From Klebsormidium nitens (Eukaryota; Plantae; Klebsormidiophyceae), in assembly GCA_000708835.1 (NCBI GenBank), contig DF236972.1, positions 248,001-312,000 on the forward strand: a stretch of DNA of 64,000 bases, given 5' to 3'. Positions 36,001 to 46,886 of the stretch are shown here, one piece after another. Below the pieces are notes generated by a model. It made no database searches and had not been told where the DNA came from. It saw only the letters and a list, made by a program, of their open reading frames with translations. Every line of letters begins with the position of its first letter. Positions within the stretch are counted from its first letter, which is position 1. The translations under genes and the position numbers were made by a program.

Positions 36001-39000
36001 GCACTGAGGCGCCCACGAGCACTGCGTTCCCGCAGCCGCACAGTCCACTTGATTGTGCTGGTAACAGCACTGATCGTGCGGGTCGCAGTGGTCGAAGATA
36101 CAGTGGCCCGCCACGTGGCACAGCGGCTCGCCCGTAAACCCGTCGACGATCGCGGTGCATACGTCAGGGTCGTCGTCACCCAGGCGGCACGCGTTGTTGC
36201 CGGTGAAGCAGTGGCCGGCGTGCGAGCCATTGATCGGGGAGCCTTCCCAGAGACACGTGGCAATGGCGGAGCAGTCGGCTTTGGTTTTCCAGTTGGCGCA
36301 AAAGTCTGCAAAACCCACGAGAGGTGATTCATGCTGCAAACCAGTCGAGTTTGGGCTTGTTCAAAACGAAGCACTGCCCGCGTGGGATTTGGGGGGCCTC
36401 GTGAGGAGGCCTGCTTCGTCTGCGTCTCTCCTTTCCAAGTTTTCTTAAGGAACATGTGCAGAAAATCAAGGTCGCAGGACTCTACAGGTTTCAGCGGACT
36501 GAGGCAATCAATTGTGTCAAGAATCCTTGCAGTCTGCCTGCGTCACGTGGATTGGCAGAAGCCGAGGAACGGACACGAAGCAGTACTGTTTCTCAAATCT
36601 GTCGCCGGCCTTGCTCGGCGTTCCTGGAACAGGTTGAAAAGGCTTCGAAGCTTTCACCAGATCGTTGACTTTCACGAGATGAAGGAAGTGAATAGGCCTG
36701 CGGAGAGGAGCCTCCAAAAATCGTAAAAGCCAACGCAAGGCCAACATAGCGTATCACACGCGCTACGCAAAGGGCATGCTCACCGTATCGCAGGCTGCAG
36801 TACGTCTCCCACACGCACGCGTCCTCCGCATTACACTCCGTTGGCGCGCTGAGGGGGCAACACGTGTCGTCATCCTGGCAGGTCGTCTCGCTACAGCTGC
36901 CCTCGTAGCGGCAGAGCCGCGTCCCGAGCGCGTCCGTAATGTTGTTGCACGCGCGCTCGTTGGCGTTTCCGTCCCAGCACGGGCTGACCGCTGCGAGAAG
37001 AAGGATGACGTCAGCATTTCCAAGAGCTGATGTCAGCTTCGAGAGAGATCTTTCAGGAAGTCTCCGTGGTCTTGTTACAGCGCGCTTGATCATCGAAGAT
37101 GTTGCACACGCGCTCGTTGTCGTTCTCGTCTTCAGCAGGGGCTGACGGCTGCGAGAAGGGGGATGAAGTCAGCATTGCCAAGGCTGGCCAAAAGCTGTCG
37201 TCAGCTTCGAGAGCGAATCAATCATATCCTGTGACATTGATGCACGCGTGCTCGTTGATGTTTCCGTCCCAGCAGGGGCTGACGGCTGCGAGGAGGGGGA
37301 TGACGTGAGCATCTCCGACGGTGGCAAAAAGTGACGTCAGCATCCGGAATCAGGAACTTGATCGAGTCTTGAGGTCTTCTCCCAGCGCGCCTGATATCGC
37401 TGCCCACTCTACAGGGACTGAAGGCAAGCGAGAGAAGAATGATACCAGCACCAGGAAGAGAAAGATCTGGAACTGGTATTGAAACTCTGAGCGTTGAGCT
37501 CGCTCCTGTAACGTTGCTACACTAAAGTGCGCGGCTCCTGGCAGGACTGACGGCCGCAATGCGGAAAGCGTCAGCATTGAGCAACGAGGGTTGCAGGTCA
37601 TAAGTGACTTGGAATGAAAGTTGACATGGTGGGCGGAAAGTACGTCATGCCTTCTTTGTGCCACACCTGAAGGGCCCGACGGCAGAACGACATTGCTGAT
37701 ACTCGAACAAGAAAGCCCGTCGAAATGTGATTCAGGAACGCTGACTGGCGATGTCAAGCGGTGAACCAATGCAGACAGAGAATTCACGGCACCTCGTTTC
37801 GAGAATCTGTACAGATATGATTTTTCGTTGCTCAAGAAACACTCTTGGTGTTACAAACAACTGTTCCTTTTTGCTGCAAAGGGCGATTCGATAACGAATG
37901 CATTTCGAAAACAGGCGAATTGTCTCAAAAGGTCAGCGGAATGGATGAGGAACAGACTCGGGCACCCTAAACTCGCACCCAAGATGTTGCACGGCCAGTC
38001 TGCATTTCATGAGGTGCAAAATTTACGGGAATCGACGATACACCATACTCCCCGCCTTTGTGGTAGACATCGAACACTCCGTCGAAAACAACATCTTGGG
38101 TGCGAGGTTAAGGGGCCCGAGAGAGGGACTCACTGCTCATGCAATCGCCGCCCCCGCCCGCTAGCGGCCGCCAAGAGCACCCCTCCAAAGCAACGCACTC
38201 CGGCCGGCTGAACGACCCTAGCCAGCACGGATCTGCAGCAAACGACAAAGTCGGAGGTTTATGTCCCTTTCAGTTCATCATGTTGTGGGTTGTCTTCACT
38301 CGTCAAGGGCTCAATTGGGACTCGTAGTCTTGGTACTGAGGCTTCTTGATTGGTTCCCGTAGTCGCTGTGGATCGATTCCGCTGGACACAAAGTGTGATC
38401 GATTCAAAACTATACTGCTCTGTCAATCTTGTTTGTAGACAGCCGGATCTGAGCGACGAAAGGCGACTCTCGCCGATATATGTTGAAGAGGCGGTTCCTT
38501 ATCAGGTCTCTCATAAGTCGAATAATGGAGCACATTCGTCAGTGCCGTTGCTTTGTAGTTGCATGCTAAAAGTAAGCCCTCACCAATGATCAGCTCGCAG
38601 TACGGGTTCCAGTCACAGCTCCCCCTGGCTGTACACGTGTCCTCATCGTGGACGCCGCAGCACTTGTCCCCCTCGTAGCATTCGTCGTGGTTGCACGCCC
38701 CCTGAGACCGGCACATCTGGCGCCCGGTGGACGGATCAACCAGGGCGTTGCACTGAGCCGGGTCGTCCAACTCCAAAGGGCAAACCGCGGACACTGCAGA
38801 GACGAGGATTTAAAGTCGTTTAGGTCTTCTGATTTGTTAGGTAGATTTATTGTAAAGGAATGAAGGGGAGAAGGAGGAGACAAAGCGATTGAGCACCGTG
38901 GATCAACCAGGGCGTTGCACTGGGCCAGGTCGTCCAGCTCGAGCGGGCAAATCGGAGACACTACAGAGGCCGGAGATTGAGATCAAGATTCCGCCTATTC

Positions 39001-42000
39001 AAACCGGGGGAGGAGTGGCGATTAAAAGCAGTGAAAGCCAGGGCACTGCGCTAGACAGATTGCAGAGGCCTACACCGCATAAGTCCAAGAATCTAGATTT
39101 GTTGTCCTGACTCGCTTCTCAACATCTCCCCGGAAATGGATCAGAATGATAAGAAACTTTTTTAGGGTTTTAGGGGTTTAGAATGATGCCGCTGATCAAT
39201 AAAAGCATGGCGCGGCAAAAAGACGCCCTTCTCCCTGCTTATCGCGCACCACTTTCTCTATCGGTCGGCAAGAACGAGGCGGTATCACATGCCAGTCGAC
39301 CACAGACAAAATAATGCTCTCAACCAATCAATGACGGATACTCGTTACTCGAAAGGGGCCTCCTGCAAAGAGGGCTGAACGAAAAGGTGACGTCAGAGGA
39401 CTGCGTGTATCCTCACCGCTCGCGCAGACGCCGCCGAGAGTGGCGTTGACGTGGCTCAGCTGCCAGTGACACGTGGCAGTCTGGGAGCAGCTCGTCCGGT
39501 CGTGGGCCCAGCACGGGTCTGAGAAAGGCAAACGTCAGCGTCTTTTGTAATGTATCTGGCTTACTAGTACTATTAGGTGTTTGCAACGACCTTTTTGGTT
39601 GTTTATATGTGGTTGTTCCAAGTAGCTGGGAGATCGACCGGAAGTGTCTCCTTTGCATTGCTGCCTCCCCAAATGGTCCTGCCTTTCGGACGTTCTGAAG
39701 GGTGTAGACCGGAAGACGTTTTGCTTCCGGCGAATCAAGCAGTGGAAATACGAGCGAGCCATAGCATTCAAAATCGCCGTTGGGCACTCCTAAGTGTTCT
39801 TTCAAAACATCCAAGCTCGCCAGATCTCGCGACACCTATCAGTCCTCTCAGCTAGCCAGGGGATTACTTTTAGCCAAAATATCTCCGGAGATTCAGAGAA
39901 CAACGATCGAAACATTTCTCTCACCCCACACTTCGAGGCAGTACGACTTCCAGTAGCACGTCCCGTTCGTCACCGCGTTACACGTGGCGGGCTGATCGAC
40001 GGTGCAGCATTCGAAGGCGTGGTTGCACCGGTTACTGTTGCAAAAGTACTCTGAGCGGCACAGCGGCGCGCCGCTGACGTCAGCCACCGCGGCGCACGCG
40101 GTCGGGTCGCGCCGCTCGATGCCGCACGGATTTGCAACTGCGGGTTAAGCAAACCGTGAAGTTTTGACCCTCACTTGTTCCCGTCTCGTGAGGTCATCCA
40201 ATCAGCCCGACGAGTAAAATGTGACGTCAGAAGCGACACCAGAACATTATAAGCAGCAAGCATCGGAGTCTGACAAGCCTGAACTTTCGTGAACTCAACT
40301 TTGTTCTCAAAAATACATTCATAACGATAGGTCAATACACAAGTGCACGTCGTCGGTACACAAAAACACGAAGAAAGAACAGAAAATGGAAGATGAAAAG
40401 CTCTGTCAGCATCTTAGCAGGCAGTTGTTAAGCCAACGAGCGAAGGCAACGAATAAAAAAAGGAGTATAATTTGAGGGTCATTCTATAGGAAGCCTTACC
40501 GTTGAAGCAGTAGCCCGAGTCTGCGCCGTGCCCGGCGCTGTTCCGCCATTGACACCCAATCGTGTTGTCGCACTGGGTCTGGCTCACTACTCCGGCGCAA
40601 GTGTCTGCGAGTGTCAAAGACGCTGACTGCTTCTGTCTGACCCAAAAACGTCAAAGGTTCCTCCGATACTACGTCCAAGTGACGTTTCGGACGTATGTTC
40701 GTGTTTCATGTGCCCGTGCTTTATCAGCGCACTTTGAAGAACGAAGGTTTTGGGACGCGAGAGCTTGGATAAACTCTAGAGACCGGTGGTTTGCGATATT
40801 GGGCAGAATCCGAGATTCCTATCAGTGAAGAGCGTTTGCACAGTTGAGGAGAGGCACAGCTCTGAGGATCGGGACGATTTATGTGACCAGAACACGAAGC
40901 CTGGTAGCGGGAATCGAATAGTCTCAGGAATGCTTTAATGTGCCTGTCTACGCTTCAAAAGCAATGGATTGTAAAAGAGAAGATACTTTGAAGTGTAGGT
41001 AAGAAGACGATTGTGAAGGAAGTCTTCCCCTTAGGAGGTGGCTCCGTCCTTAACTTCTGAAAGATTGCACACTCGAGGCTTCAAGAAGGATCAGGGGCTC
41101 TGACGAAAGACGAACGCACCACGCCGTCGGCTGCAAGATTGGGGACGATCAAAACATAGGAAATCCCAAAACATCAGGTTCGCACCACGAGAGGATCGCA
41201 TACCATTTCGCAACACGCAGAGCGACTCCCAGTTACAATTTGGGATGCCGCCGCACCGTCCGGAGTTGTCCACTCCGCAGCACTGGTCCGACGCGTCCGA
41301 ACAGCCGTTGTACACGCATTTACCGGTCATGTGGCACGCGCCGTCCTTGCCCCCCAGAGCGAGGCACGCGAGCGTCGAGCGGTCGCCGTAGCTGGGGAGC
41401 TGGCAGCTAACTGCGCGACCCAGGAATATAGAGCTTAAACAGTTTCTTAAACAAACTGCCACTTTTGGAAGACGTGGGAAGTCACACTGTTACATGAATA
41501 AGTTGATCAAGTTGAAAAGACTTCAACAAACTGACTATACTTCCCTAATAATCGAAAAAGCGGAAGGCACTCGAAAGGTTGTTGTGTTGAGGGCGTCTAC
41601 GTTCTTCATTGCACAGCCGCTCAGCAACGTTCTCGCAAATGCACCAAAGAAAAGATGGCTGTTTCGCAACAAAGAAGCATTGTAGTGAATTCGGGTGTCG
41701 CTTCAGAAAAGGGCCGAAGAGATTTGCGACTCACTGCTTGAGCATGTGCCGTACGAGAAGTTGCCGATGGTCGGGTGTGTAAACTGGTCCCAGACACATC
41801 CATGGCACAGGTTGCACGAGCCCTTGTTCGAGTATGACTTGCAGGGATCTGCAAAAGCAGGAGGGCATTCACACCAAGAGTAGAATTCTTGCAGAAGGTT
41901 TCGATCATGACATTGGTGGTTGACAGTGCTTGTAGCAGTGATTCACGAAGAGTACCTGTTACCTGAGCTGATACATTGTTGATACCCTAGTGTACTGTGT

Positions 42001-42667
42001 AGTGTGATTATAATCGGGCGAATCTTTAAAATTTTGGATCGCTGCTGCGCTCCGCATTTTTGCACTGTGCTGAAGGTAGTAGTTTTTCCAGCTTGGACAA
42101 AAGGGTGGTGGTTGACTCAGCAGCGATTTTGATTCAGAAGAGTTCATCAGCAGTGGCATCACATGGTCAGTGCACCACTTTGCTGAAAATTACCTCTGTC
42201 ATTGCAGCCGCATTTACCTCCTGATAGCTTTCTAAGACACCACCATCATGTTCACATGAGATACGCCAGAGTTTTTAAAGGTTGGCCCATACTTCTCCAA
42301 GCATTCTGCTCTGAAAACAGGTCCATAAAGAAAAGGCAAATAAAAAATGCAGACAATATCCACGTCAGTCCAGGTGTTCTCTCTTCTGCAATAATGCGTA
42401 GGTGGCAAGATTGGTTACAGACAGGAAACACTTGACGCTTGGCGGTTATAAAGTGTGATTGGCATAGTGGTTGTAAAGCGACTCACCGTTCAAAGGCTCG
42501 CACTCTGTTACCCAGCTGCACTGCTGCGACTTTTGGCAGGTATCCTCGTCAGTGAATAGGCACAAGTTAGTGCCCGGAAGCACGAGGCCCTGTCCGCGGA
42601 CTGCTTGCAAAGCGCTCAGTGTTATCACAACGACCAGCCACAGAAATAACCCTGGACAAGGCCTCAT
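11796..42667 (-). CDS. Giant (~4,800 aa) single-pass cell-surface protein, polycystin-1/REJ-GAIN-like with Cys repeats, beta-helix adhesin modules and Ser-Pro stalks; 33 exons
   Basis: Exons 5'->3': 42667-42487, 41848-41735, 41410-41204, 40604-40500, 40137-39925, 39518-39417, 38793-38584, 38232-38134, 36990-36784, 36305-35988, 35470-35363, 34785-34579, 33925-33668, 33073-31890, 31516-31427, 30990-30913, 30507-30433, 30038-29948, 29513-29440, 29054-28937, 28565-25584, 25119-24883, 24553-23595, 23118-22564, 21925-21347, 20770-20564, 19986-19710, 19279-19015, 18515-18269, 17712-17422, 16947-14088 (contains N gaps and local frameshifts), 13558-12733, 12031-11796. Every junction is GT-AG and phase-compatible from the signal peptide (MRPCPGLFLWLVVVITLSALQAVRG) to the stop. 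Exon sum is about 14.5 kb. Confidence 0.85.
12733..13558 (-). CDS. Giant gene: GAIN-B-like beta domain with two RRxL sites
   Basis: RYRRRTLLQ, HRRRWLVEQ, VALP, VSSMVSVLF, PFEVTVPL, ECWE...TCAPTSA|G. This layout is typical of the membrane-proximal GAIN/GPS region of PKD1-like proteins. Confidence 0.65.
14359..14546. other. Assembly gap (188 N)
   Basis: Run of N inside the Ser-Pro low-complexity exon. Confidence 1.
16478..16497. other. Assembly gap (20 N)
   Basis: Run of N inside the Ser-Pro low-complexity exon. Confidence 1.
17422..21925 (-). CDS. Giant gene: PKD/REJ-type Ig-like domain series (6 exons)
   Basis: VVLDASLSSDPSGRPLGKYYWTL, LGPGNYTVALTV, LTYQWT, TPGRKYSLAL, LIVDASDPDD, IFWRC, LKPGVFTF, YRWVC...LEPGYSYTVIVYI, WATDFPPLSYEIGY, TVYACVSDAW. 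These match recalled REJ-domain (PF02010-like) motifs. Confidence 0.8.
22564..23118 (-). CDS. Giant gene: Cys-rich linker exon (CxxxxDCxxxxxC, EB/Dickkopf-like units)
   Basis: CRGNSDCARSQTC and CGTSADCPVNRIC; about 22 Cys in 185 codons. Confidence 0.75.
23595..33073 (-). CDS. Giant gene: six tandem right-handed parallel beta-helix modules (Chlamydia Pmp/POMP-like GGA(V/I) + FxxN repeats)
   Basis: Each module opens with a cap xV(S/T)xExQLRxA...IVxxxDIxLxGPLPx(V/I)T at about 33070, 28530, 27690, 26778, 25945 and 24300. Each contains many GGAV/GGAI and FxxNxA repeats and closes with GxD(L/F/M)(Y/F)...CP...C. Confidence 0.85.
31990..32935 (-). repeat. Giant gene: Ser/Pro/Ala/Gln stalk with 24-bp (STSAQPS[A/P]) tandem units
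   Basis: About a dozen near-identical units (+ strand GACGTCGAAGCTGACGGTTGCGCT and variants) at ~32130-32470, within a ~320-aa SP-rich run. Confidence 0.9.
33668..42667 (-). CDS. Giant gene: N-terminal array of Cys-rich repeats on 13 exons separated by phase-1 introns
   Basis: Short exons (99-114 bp) encode DxC-x6/8-C-x5-CxW-x(9-16)-C. Long exons (207-213 bp) encode C-x9-C-x(9-12)-C-x5-C-x4-C-x(5-6)-CC-x7-C-x(5-7)-CxW-x3-C. All 13 introns are phase 1. Confidence 0.88.
34010..34089 (-). pseudogene. Decayed 5'-partial copy of the downstream exon (pseudo-exon)
   Basis: GCAG|ACCCCTGCCACGGTGTC... reads DPCHGVTTKNACLSTGPCS*NNSYA, versus the intact DPCHGVTTRNACLSTGPCAWDDSYA at 33925. TGG has become TGA at 34031-34029. 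Confidence 0.9.
37060..37335 (-). pseudogene. Two decayed tandem copies of acceptor + exon start (pseudo-exons)
   Basis: Acceptors at 37287/37286 (SPCWDGNINEHACINVTGYD*) and 37150/37149 (SPC* plus a 1-nt insertion) duplicate the intact exon starting at 36990 (SPCWDGNANERACNNITD). Confidence 0.9.
38899..38965 (-). pseudogene. Decayed 5'-partial copy of the downstream exon (pseudo-exon)
   Basis: CTGTAG|TGTCTCCGATT... reads SPICPLELDDLAQCNALVDP, versus the intact SAVCPLELDDPAQCNALVDPSTG at 38793. Confidence 0.9.
39160..39180 (+). repeat. Short interstitial telomere-like repeat (TTTTAGGG x2 plus partial)
   Basis: TTTTAGGGTTTTAGGGGTTTA in an intron. Confidence 0.55.
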
Positions 42668-43400
42668 ATTTCCAGGCCCCAGATTGGATTGCAGGTAGCA
42701 ACCATCTCAGGGTGGTGATAAGTGAGTGGTATGGGGCGAAAAGAAGTAGTCAGGGTAAATGTTACACAACGTAGCGTGCAGCTTTGCAGAGCTCGTCTGA
42801 GCTAGAGCTGACTAGCTTTACAGTGACTTCAAAAAGAGCTCATGCACAATTTCTCCACCTCTTGTCTTGGATGCTCTCAATTGGTCCTTGTTGCTTACTC
42901 TAGCTGCATGCCACCATAATCCTGTAATCTAGTTTGCTCCTTGACTAGCTCTTCAAGAGCTCAGAATATCTGGATAAAAGCATTCTAGGAAGTCAGGGTC
43001 AGAATCAAAATCTGTTCAGGAGCTAGACAGGTGGCTCCTTTCAAATCTCTCTAGAGCTCATTCAATTGAAGGCTCCCTTTTTTTTCCTGCCTCACATTCG
43101 CAACAAGTTGCTTCTGACCAGGCTTTAACTGAGAACTTGAACAGCATGATGAAGTTGACCCGCATGACCTTCTCACAAGCGACCCAGTCACTAGAAACGA
43201 AGCTCACGACAAGAGCCAGGTGGAGGAAAACGCTAACTGCACTCAGGCCCGAGCTCCAAACGCCTCCACGCGAGCTCTTAGCGACTACTAGGTAGGTACA
43301 TACCGTAAGTACTTAGCTTGGGGTACCTACTGTCCACTGTTAGTTTCAGTACGCAGAGCCTTCAATTGTACGGTTGTACCTATCTAAAAAAGTACTAATA

Positions 43401-43661
43401 CCGTAGATACTAGAGACACTCCTAATTCGCACCACCTTGGTGCGAATATTTATTTTTGAAGGTTTTGTCATTTCGTACCAGCATCGTCGACTTTATTAAA
43501 ATTTTCGTTTTTGGCTTTTTTGCCTTGGTTTTGCCATTTTTTGGGCTGCCAGAGGATTTATTTTCGTTTCGCGTTTTCACACTTAAGTCGATACTTAGTT
43601 TTTCAATTTTCGCAAGGCCTAAAAATAATTAATTTAGTGCGAATTAGGAATGTCTCTACGG
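43401..43661. mobile_element. MITE, Tc1/mariner-like (TA target duplication)
   Basis: TA|CCGTAGA(tactaga)GACACTCCTAATTCGCAC ... GTGCGAATTAGGAATGTCTCTACGG|TA. The TIR core matches at 21 of 22 positions (43411-43432 vs 43637-43658). AT-rich non-coding interior. Confidence 0.85.
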
Positions 43662-43699
43662 TACACACTAGGTACCTACCAATGCTGTATGGCTAAGTA

Positions 43700-44060
43700 G
43701 GCATTGTCATTGCAGGCTCGGACTCGCCCCGGGAGCGCGCATAATCATGAAACGACATCGCAGCCGTCGGTAAGATCATCGGATGACGCAGGTGAAAGCG
43801 GGTATCAAAGTTCAACTGCCGGTTCGTACCTGCTAACTTGTACTGTACCGTTAAATTACATCGCGGCCGCGACGCGCAAGCTTTGCGCGCGGCGGGCCGC
43901 ACTTGGTGCATGATTGGACGACGGTGAAGCGGCGCTGGCCGCACCCGCCCATTGGACGGTCGTATGGCCAATAGCTCGTTTCCGAATAGACGGAATTCTG
44001 AATGAAGCCTTTCATTACGCTAGTAGGATTATCAGATGTAGTGCCGCGCGCCAATGGCCT
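43700..44060 (-). promoter_or_regulatory. Candidate promoter/5' UTR of the giant gene (GC-rich, four CCAAT boxes)
   Basis: ATTGG at 43913 and 43951, CCAAT at 43968 and 44051. A minus-strand donor CAG|GTACGA near 43829 suggests a 5' UTR intron. Confidence 0.4.
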
Positions 44061-44487
44061 CCTTTCGGATGAACGTCGATCTCACAATTCAGACACTGTT
44101 ATTCTCTTTTCGATCTTGAATATGGTAAGTCAAATCACTTGGCGCTTTTCACCGTCAATAATCTGCTTGTGACTCGAAACAACTAAGGTTTACATGCTAG
44201 CCACAGTCTCAGGCCTCGAAACGACCAGAAAGCTGTCCGTGCAAGTATCGAACTCGCAAGAATCGTGCAGCATGGAAAAAAAGATTTTGAAGAACCGTAC
44301 CCTCGCTTGCTGACTAAGGACATTGTACCCAGACAAGTGCACGCATCTCATGAGACCTCATCTCTGTTAACAACAGAATAGCCAATCAACCAGATGAATG
44401 TCGATCACTATAAGTGGACGAAATACACAGTATTTCTGTTGCAAAACGAGCCGTGAATGCTAAGATTTTAAACGGGTGACAGACACC

Positions 44488-46886
44488 TCACCCGGCCTTC
44501 TTGTGTTCCGAAAATTGCCCGGTTCGAGGCCACCGAGGCAACAGCCAGTGCCACCACCGCCCGCCCCGACCCTTACCGAGTACCCGGTCCAACTTTCTAA
44601 GCCTCCCCGCCCAAGTGCTCTCGACCACTCTTCCCGGAACGATGTCCCCGGTAACAACCACCGGGACCCTTCGCATCACATCAATTGCGGTCTCGCCCAA
44701 GAAGATTCCCTCTAATTGCTGCTTCAGTAGGAATCCCGCCCCAATAACCACTCCAAAGCTCATGAACGTGAGGTAGAACGAAGCAACTAGCCGGACGCTA
44801 ACCCGGACTCGAACCAGCAAAAGCAGCCCTAGAACGTCCCTGATCGTCGGGATCTTGTCCGGGAAGCCGCTCCACAGCTCCCTGCCAGCGCGTGAGACGG
44901 CCGTCAGTTCTGGCAGCAGTTTGTACAGGGCCCACGTGCCCATGCACATTGCGTATGTGCAGCCGAGGATAGCGTACAGGAGCAGCAGCATGAAGGCGCG
45001 CTGGTTGTCGGCGCCCACGCAATTCGCTATCTGCAAAGACAGAGGTTATGGTTGTTAGATCATTCGGAAAGCCCCTTTCCGTCGTCATTTTGAGGCCTAC
45101 ACGGACGATTCCAGTCCTGTGAAGGTTCAAAGCCCTGATCTGCTCGTTAGCAGATCTCGAAACTACGAGTCAGGAACTCCGCAGCAAAGCGGAGCTACTA
45201 ACTGGCGGCAACAGACCTTTTAGGGAGAGATTTTCGAGGTATCGACCACGGGGTTCGTTCCCCGTTCCAAAAGGAAGGGCTCAGAGCAGATTCAAAAGCT
45301 ACGCCCATAAGCTTCAATAATGCGCGGGAAGGGGCTAACATGGTCTCGCACCTGAATAAGAATCAAATGCATTTACGTCAGACTCGTTTGAGACAAAAGT
45401 GAGGGCAGCTCTTTATGTCGCTTTTTGACGCTGCACTTCGGAGGAAAGCGTCAAAGAGGAGGAAAAAGGAATAGTCGATGAAGATCACTTACGAACGGAC
45501 AGTGATGGTCCATCCCCATGACGCATGCTCTGCACGCCCGGCAATGGTGCGCCCTGCTCGGCTTCGGCTGCTCACACCTGCACAGAAGCAGGAAGAGCAA
45601 CTTGGATGGGAATCGGTCCGCATTTGAAAAGAACTCGTTTCGAAGGTTAACTCACAAGAATGCTGGTTGGAAGGATGGTCCACTTCGACACTTTGACTCC
45701 GGCCTTCAACGATTCAGCCTATTGTACTCTAATAGCAGAATGCAGCGAAAGATGGACGGGCCTCTGCAAGCCACGAACCAGCAGGAATAGGAAACTCCAG
45801 ATCCTGATGTTGACGATATGCTTCGAACGCTGCTGTATCGTCAGATTACTATGAATCTGGACATTCACTTCGTCCTAACGATGACTTTCAAAAGCTCGGG
45901 GTTCAGATGTGAACTACGACCAAATAGCTGGACACAACATAGAATCACGTTCCGAAAATCTACCGAGATACAAGAAGCGCTCGTGCAGGCATCATCACTT
46001 GTTCTACCATTGAGAGCCACGCCTTTAGGGGCTCACTGAACACAGAAGGTGCAGTCGTCCAAGGCCCCCTGGGGCGCCAGGCTGGCGGAACCGAACGGGA
46101 GCGGGGGCACCGTTCCGGGGGATCCCTTGGCAGCCGCCCAAAAGTTGAAAAAGATGTTGAAGGTGACGAGGCAGACAATGGCAGAGTGAAGGTAGAAGGT
46201 GGGGGTGGAGAAGGAAGGGAAGACGACTGGGAAGATCGCTGCGACACCTCCACCTGTGAGGGGCAGAATGGGCAGTGTAAGTTGTGTGTCAACTGTGCTT
46301 TGTTGTTGAACACTACAACGTGTATAGGACGGGGAGGCTGCAGATGTACATCGACTCTGAAACATATCAAACCCAGAATCTTTGTCGTGACATCACTCCA
46401 GGATGGAAGAATTGCTCAGAGCCGAATGTAGTGAATGTTAGTGAACTGTCATCTGTCTCCTGCTCTCTCGACCGCTTGGTCTTCTGCCTTTCTTTTGCAA
46501 TGACAACCACTTCAATGAGACTGTCAGAGGCTTGAAAGTGTTGTGAACCGAGTTTCGAGTGGTTTGTCACACTTGGCAACTTCTGGAAAAATCACCAAAT
46601 GTGCCATAAATGTCACCCATGCACACCAATGCACAGCCAAGTAGAACTCTGGCAAGGGCCGTTCCTCACCGATGATCAAGAGTATCAAAAGCACCAGCGC
46701 CGATGACGTCGCCAGGTCCCGCAGCCAGAACCACTTTACGCAGCGTGGATCACTCCTAGGCTGTTGCCTCTCCAAAGTGATCGCCCCACACCAACCGCAT
46801 TTGAAAGTGGCTGTAGGGCCTGGAAGGGCGACTTCTAAACCGCAGCCCCAGCACATGGCGGTGGCGCCTGGCTGAGTTGCGGCCAT
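44488..46886 (-). CDS. PAT11: DHHC protein S-acyltransferase, PAT11-like. Exons 46886-46670, 46253-46037, 45577-45493, 45030-44488
   Basis: The spliced product has CWGCG...[10 protein letters not shown] (the N-terminus recalled for Arabidopsis PAT11), TM helices, and FCVQ|[28 protein letters not shown]|[13 protein letters not shown]. Intron phases are consistent (1, 2, 0). Confidence 0.92.

Noticed and set aside
33940-40230. Frequent TGACGTCA palindromes (CRE/as-1-like) in introns
   Set aside because: On the coding strand they read CTGAC 15-45 nt upstream of acceptors, so they are best explained as branch points.
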